Shown: one piece after another, positions 60,001 through 64,000 of the stretch
Position numbering within the stretch: the first letter of the stretch is position 1
Layout: each line of letters begins with the position of its first letter
From: Phoronis australis
Lineage: Eukaryota; Animalia; Phoronida
Assembly (NCBI GenBank): GCA_002633005.1
Contig: NMRA01000006.1
Coordinates: 1,260,442 to 1,324,441 of the forward strand
Reading direction: 5' to 3'
Length of the DNA: 64,000 nucleotides
Program-made: the position numbers and the translations under genes
The notes under the pieces: model-generated
Told to the model about the DNA's origin: nothing
What the model saw: only the letters and a program-made list of their open reading frames with translations
The model's database searches: none

Positions 60001-62405
60001 TTGCAGGGCAACAAGGTTGTCAAAGACATCTTGCCTCATGCTGAAAATGGAAACATGTAACTAGTGTACAATACCAGATTCAGCACTGTTAATTTACCAT
60101 ATAGCCACCTTCTTTTTCCAATATAACCAAAATGTTCCAAGACAACATTTGTCACAAAAGGAAAGTAGAATATAATGTTCAAGCCAACATAATTTTATCT
60201 GACTTAATAGTTAAGATAGCAGCTGGTTACAAAATTGATTGATGTCCATGTTTGTGCCAAAATGAGCACTTGATACTTTGATATGATTCTTTGAATGTAA
60301 TGTGCTGCAAATAAATCCATAAAGACCCACCTCATTTCAACATCAAACTCAGACAGCTTCTTGTCAGCAGCAACACTGGCTTCACGTAACTCTTTGTCAG
60401 GGCTGACATGTTGACAGAAGTCTATCATGTTCCGCTTCACAGAATATTCACATTGGTCATCTCCCAGTGCCTAGAATAATTTCATAGATTCATGCCAGAG
60501 GACAGCAATGGTGCACACTATTTTACATTCTGCATTCACTCCCATGACAAACCTCACTCATCACTATCCATAAACACCACCGCCGACTGAGAACTACCAG
60601 CTGAGCTGTCTGCCTCAAGTGCACAACAGCCAAGCTGACAGCTCACATCAGGTTGGATTGACAAGCAACCAGGCAGACGTTCCAGCAATGGCTGATGGTT
60701 CCATAGGTACAATGGTGATGACTGAGGCATGTCAATAGACGCGAATTGAGAATGTTAGTCGGAAAACAGGTTGTTTCAATAGAGTACATAAAGTTTGTAT
60801 GTGCCGTGGTTGGTGCAATGAGTTTTATTAACAGTTAACACAATTTGGTGTTTATATGAGGAGAGGGTTTTTGTGAGTGTTTTAAGGAATTGAAGACTTG
60901 GATAAAACATGGTCGAAATGCAAATAGTGTTTGAGTAATGAACACTGTGTTTTTAATAGGTTTATTTGGTGCAATGCTGAGGTGTGGGACATTTTCAGAC
61001 AAGCGGTTGATGAAAGAGCAACGAGGCAGGGAATCAACGGGAGCGTCAGTAACAAAGAATAGTGTGAAGACGCTGCTGAAAGGGGAGTTAGTAGTGAGTG
61101 TGTTGTAGGTCCAATCTTGGAGTTCAACAATTAACTCATCGGCGGTCAATCCCGGTCGCCCTTTCCCGAGGGACCGCATTCAATATTGTCAGTTTGCTGG
61201 CAGACTTGGGCACCGGTGGCGCCATTCCCTTTCCTGGTCAGCAATTATCACAGGCAGGTGGTGGGCACATGCATTTCAAAATCATTGTCATCAAGAATAG
61301 GGATGGGAAGAAAATGGTGAACGTGAAAATATATGGCAGGAAGGTGGCTCACAAGGTAAGTCTCCATAGTGTGAGCTTATTGAGTCATAATTCATACGTG
61401 AACATAGCTGTGTACAGTAAATGTGTGGAAATATGTTTGGTTACTGCTCTTTTACTTTATTTTATTGTAATTTTTGTTTATGAAAACTAGCTTCTGCAGC
61501 AAGCATAATTTGCAGCGAGGAGGTATTAGCTTGAAGAAGAACCCTGAAAAATCCACCTTCATTTCAAATAGAATTGGGACTACATGTAGTGAGCATGCTC
61601 CGTCACATCTACAGCAGTGATATCACTTGTATTACACATCATGGGAATTTAGAATCTCTGAAGAGCAGCAGTTGAAAGCCACATGGAGTCTTATGTGTTA
61701 ATTAGACATGCTTGTAGTTGTTGATGTGTATGTATGACAGAGACTTAGGATAGCCACTGTGTTGGCCTACACTCGTGTATATCTGTATAGTGGCTTGCAT
61801 ACAGTAGACTACTGTGGATGCATTCTGAAGGGAGTAGCTGGTAGTAGGGCTTCGGCATTGGTCGCATATAGCAGTTCCTGATTTTGAGAACCAGTTTCAT
61901 CCACAACGTGTCCGCTATCGCAGTGATTGCCTGGTTCTCAAAATCAGTGACAGTGACCGCTATATCCGACCAGTGCCTCGGCTCAGGTAAGCTGCATTCC
62001 ATCTGATTTAGCCAGCCAGCTGGCTGTGTGTATGAAGACTGTACCAAGGCTACATTACGTCATCAACACAACTCTTACTTTCAAAACATTCTTGAAGGTG
62101 ACTTGTTCAGGTTTCAAACCTCCAACAGAGTCGTAAACTGTTTTCGATTCTTTGATGAGTTCGTCCGTTGCCTTGGCGATGTCATCCACAGTGAGATTCC
62201 ATTTCATTCGGTTACCAGGACACGACATGTCGAAGAAAGTGTTTAAGCAAAGCGGTGCACAATTGCTAAGACGTTTCGAGCAAGGGAACTGGTTACAGTG
62301 AGAAGGCAGAAAGTACGGTTTGTCGAGTATCGGCTTGCGACAGGAACTAGTGAGAGTGGAACGGAATGCACTTCGCAAACAGAGAACTACACCGGACAAT
62401 GCCAT
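36000..62405 (-). CDS. THOP1: Thimet oligopeptidase / neurolysin-like M3A zinc metallopeptidase, complete 16-exon gene (~724 aa; ~665 aa from the second ATG at 62228)
   Basis: Exons (-): 62405-62079, 60470-60331, 60040-59922, 59288-59157, 58850-58813, 57633-57518, 57038-56984, 55753-55589, 54339-54112, 52843-52739, 51964-51857, 51065-50992, 50732-50501, 48320-48189, 45339-45223, 36086-36000. Total 2175 nt, all GT-AG. Motifs: [24 protein letters not shown] zinc motif, [41 protein letters not shown]. Likely co-orthologue of vertebrate THOP1/NLN. Confidence 0.95.
37888..38931 (-). mobile_element. 5'-truncated, frameshifted non-LTR retrotransposon (L2/CR1-group LINE) 3' end
   Basis: ORFs 38736-38957 and 38104-38757 encode the post-RT region ([16 protein letters not shown]; [21 protein letters not shown]; [29 protein letters not shown]). 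The 3' end has a GGGCC..GGCC stem, AATAAA and an (AAGG)n-like tail, and the element is flanked by the direct repeat CAGTTACTA (37879-37887, 38932-38940). Confidence 0.9.
40070..40260. promoter_or_regulatory. candidate Gli + Forkhead enhancer
   Basis: TGGGTGGCCATGTTTA at 40103 and 40231; Fox-like TGTTTAT (~40075), TGTTTAC (~40113) and GTAAACA (40251). Confidence 0.45.
44362..44370 (-). promoter_or_regulatory. perfect Gli/Ci consensus site (TGGGTGGTC)
   Basis: Exact consensus in the last intron of the peptidase gene, 3' of ptc. Confidence 0.45.
45223..45339 (-). CDS. THOP1: oligopeptidase exon 15 ([10 protein letters not shown]...[15 protein letters not shown])
   Basis: cag / gtcagt. Confidence 0.95.
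45391..46727. repeat. degenerate array of ~140-160-bp units (gccactagggggc / aaatttcatgaaaa motifs), probably TE-derived; family C copy 1
   Basis: Recurring gccactag(g/a)ggg-like motif near 45620, 45780, 45916, 46056, 46212, 46428 and 46567; starts tccaaaaatgggaag and ends gcataaaaatg, as does copy 2. Confidence 0.65.
48189..48320 (-). CDS. THOP1: oligopeptidase exon 14 ([22 protein letters not shown])
   Basis: cag / gtacgt. Confidence 0.96.
48569..49125. other. ~246-bp duplication around an N (48877): probable assembly join of two haplotypes
   Basis: 48569-48814 is repeated at 48878-49125 with a 2-bp indel; a single N lies at the junction. Confidence 0.8.
49193..49274. repeat. ~80-nt imperfect inverted repeat / hairpin
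   Basis: agtcgttatcccc..tctagagcc / ggctctaga..ggggaataacgact. Confidence 0.7.
50501..50732 (-). CDS. THOP1: oligopeptidase exon 13 ([19 protein letters not shown]...DQNIHT)
   Basis: cag / gtgagt; third zinc ligand Glu region. Confidence 0.96.
50992..51065 (-). CDS. THOP1: oligopeptidase exon 12 ([14 protein letters not shown], HExxH)
   Basis: cag / gtaagt; catalytic motif. Confidence 0.97.
51857..51964 (-). CDS. THOP1: oligopeptidase exon 11 (PGCLLPDG...AMVANFTKP...PSLLNHDE)
   Basis: tag / gtaaga. Confidence 0.96.
52096..52309. mobile_element. degenerate MITE, family B copy 1
   Basis: Ends caggggtctgtttcatga / tttcatgaaaaggacacc; internally similar to 53747-54033. Confidence 0.5.
52739..52843 (-). 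CDS. THOP1: oligopeptidase exon 10 ([23 protein letters not shown])
   Basis: cag / gtaatt. Confidence 0.96.
53139..53501. repeat. family C copy 2 (shorter array)
   Basis: tccaaaaatgggaag ... gccactatggggc ... gccactagggg ... gcataaaaatg. Confidence 0.6.
53747..54033. mobile_element. degenerate MITE, family B copy 2
   Basis: TIRs cagggctacgtttcatgacagcgactcaagacttaaga / tcttaagtcttacatcactgttcatgaaacaaacacctg. Confidence 0.6.
54112..54339 (-). CDS. THOP1: oligopeptidase exon 9 ([10 protein letters not shown]...[19 protein letters not shown])
   Basis: cag / gtgagt. Confidence 0.95.
55589..55753 (-). CDS. THOP1: oligopeptidase exon 8 ([21 protein letters not shown]...)
   Basis: tag / gtatgt. 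Confidence 0.94.
55967..56468. repeat. 45-bp minisatellite x~11 with a 90-bp higher-order dimer
   Basis: cagaaactagcggtatgagatagtgaacagtcaagcctccgggta alternates with cagaaactattaggatgagatagtgaacagtcaggccttcggata. Confidence 0.95.
56984..57038 (-). CDS. THOP1: oligopeptidase exon 7 ([18 protein letters not shown])
   Basis: cag / gtaaaa. Confidence 0.92.
57330..57464. mobile_element. fold-back (MITE-like) element, family A copy 2
   Basis: Same start gggtaatagtcggata, same core tttgagaaccagtt / aactggttctcaaa, and the ccactgaataa segment shared with copy 1. Confidence 0.68.
57518..57633 (-). CDS. THOP1: oligopeptidase exon 6 ([15 protein letters not shown]...PETR...AFNSR)
   Basis: tag / gtaact. 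Confidence 0.94.
58813..58850 (-). CDS. THOP1: oligopeptidase exon 5, 38 nt ([12 protein letters not shown])
   Basis: tag / gtagga; GLP.DF..LEK motif. Confidence 0.9.
58917..59008. repeat. 46-bp exact tandem duplication
   Basis: ctacgcaatacatgatccagcactcggcaaacaaaactaaccagag x2. Confidence 0.92.
59157..59288 (-). CDS. THOP1: oligopeptidase exon 4 (LHLPKD...[10 protein letters not shown]...EEL)
   Basis: cag / gtaagt. Confidence 0.94.
59922..60040 (-). CDS. THOP1: oligopeptidase exon 3 (MRQDVF...[14 protein letters not shown])
   Basis: cag / gtattc. Confidence 0.94.
60331..60470 (-). CDS. THOP1: oligopeptidase exon 2 ([16 protein letters not shown]...FDVEMS)
   Basis: tag / gtgggt. Confidence 0.94.
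61854..61977. mobile_element. fold-back (MITE-like) element, family A copy 3
   Basis: ggcattggtcgcatatagc..ctgattttgagaaccag / ctggttctcaaaatcag..gctatatccgaccagtgcc. Confidence 0.65.
62079..62405 (-). CDS. THOP1: oligopeptidase exon 1 (two in-frame ATGs, 62405 and 62228)
   Basis: ...[25 protein letters not shown]...VTFKNVLK | gtaaga. Confidence 0.88.
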
Positions 62406-63420
62406 GCGGCATGCGCACAGCGAAGACAATTTGCTGTGCTTGAACTTGGAATTCCGCTTGATCTCAAGATCGTATATGCGTGGACTTATAACCGAGCGAA
62501 ACTAGGCCAAGTCTTGGGACAAGATCACTTACGTTGATAAAGCTTTGCACATCACCAAACCAAATTACATGTTAATAAAATGATAAAAAATTTTAACCAA
62601 CTTATTGGCTTTTCAGTTTTCAACTATTGGCGATCTCAAGTTATTTACCAAACAATAATTAATAATTCGCATTGATTTCTCCGATTTTGCGACACAAGTT
62701 CCGGTAGGCCTAAATGAAATAATGGTTGATCGTGCCAATAATTAAAAAAAATATTTGCACTGAACATTTTTTCTTGCTTTAATGAATATTTAATTCCAAG
62801 TCGCACATACGCGATCTCGAGATTAAGCAAAATTCCAAGTTCACGCGTAGCAAGTTTACTTGTCACAGTGACATCTAGCGGTAGTAGTAAAAACTCGGAA
62901 CTTCCTCGCACAACTCCACTGGTTAGTGGAGTGCGAGGCAAAATACGTCCTCCTGTTAGCGGACGCCGAACTTTGGCGTACAGCCAATTTCCCTGTAATG
63001 GGAATGCTCCACCTTTTGATAAAAAACAGTATGCATAGAAACCGTTACTTGTGAATATTACTCTGGAAGGAGTATATCACTGAGTAAGCCCGAATTTCCG
63101 GCGCCGCGGGAGGAGTGATTCAGATCACTGAGAATGGCGATAGGCCTACCTACTACAGTAAAGGGACGGTTTAAACAACCTATAGGCTAGTTTACAAAGA
63201 GTCGACTGACCACTGACAATCAAAAAACAGTACATAGTGTGCACCGGCCATAGCAATAGAGGGATATCTACTCAGGCAAGACGAAGTCTGGCAAGTTCAC
63301 TCAGTGAGGTGGACTGAAGACACTACTCACTGAGACCATGGAACGCCAATTTCGATCTCGCTCCCGCTGAGGTTGCGCCGCGCATCCATTCGTTTGGTCC
63401 GGTGTGTGTACTTACTGAGG
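62400..63420. promoter_or_regulatory. CpG-enriched promoter region of the oligopeptidase gene
   Basis: CpG density is visibly higher than in the introns; it lies 5' of exon 1 and has NRF1-like (gcatgcgca), ETS-like (ttccgg) and repeated GATCTCRAG motifs. Confidence 0.55.
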
Positions 63421-64000
63421 AAATTACTGTCATTAAAACTTTTTGCAACTCCGCCAGGCTGACTGAACTGAATTGCATGAGACCCATATCATTAGAAAGC
63501 TCTTTGCAGTTCCTGGTGATTATATCAGAAGCAAAAGATAAATTGATAAGTAATTATCATTTCGCATGCCTTCAATGATTTAAAAATAGTTTTTAATTAT
63601 AAAAACCAAAAGTGTTACTAAAATGCAAAAAATAACCGCGTAACAGTAAAATAAAAAAGGAAATGAACCAGACTGAGAGCTTATAAATGACTCAGTTAAA
63701 AGCCACTTGGTAAATAATTTCAATGATTCAAAAGATTTATACTCTATAAAGGTTTGTAGAATATAGATTCCTCCCACATGGTTTATCCACTATACACTTG
63801 TTTTATCCAAAATTATACATCTTGATATCATAATTATTTGAACCTTTGATACCATTTAATACAATTACATTTTTTCAGAACAAATTCAGATTGCAGTGAC
63901 ATTTACGAAAAATGCAACAAACCACTCCAAGTATCTATCCGAAAATATGCAGATAAAGGTTTTCTGACAGATAAAAATTGGGCAAACATCTGTCACGTCG

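Noticed and set aside
61230-61275. - strand CDNC-TGA read as a possible selenocysteine redox motif
   Set aside because: No thioredoxin-like context, no SECIS or splice support; the frame closes soon after.

Overview
Eukaryotic (invertebrate metazoan, probably lophotrochozoan; the taxon is an inference) AT-rich genomic DNA holding two convergent, intron-rich genes. On the + strand are 21 coding exons (9640-32856) of the Hedgehog receptor patched (ptc). Its first exons lie upstream of the window, and it has a probable 3'UTR intron right after the stop and a 3'UTR ending near 34,930. On the - strand is a complete 16-exon M3A metallopeptidase gene (thimet oligopeptidase/neurolysin-like, 62405-36000; about 724 aa from ATG1, about 665 aa from ATG2). 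I joined all exons by hand with GT-AG sites and consistent phases. The introns carry many minisatellites, MITE-like fold-backs, a 5'-truncated LINE with a 9-bp TSD, and two single-N assembly joins. No prokaryote-type systems (CRISPR etc.) are present. The best leads are: (1) Gli-consensus sites in ptc introns and also in the oversized last intron of the neighbouring peptidase gene, suggesting a ptc regulatory block; (2) head-on poly(A) signals about 35 bp apart; (3) a three-copy hairpin family whose arms covary; (4) duplicated splice sites and candidate alternative isoforms (mitochondrial N-terminus, CaaX-ending last exon, in-frame insert in the Ptc sterol-sensing domain).
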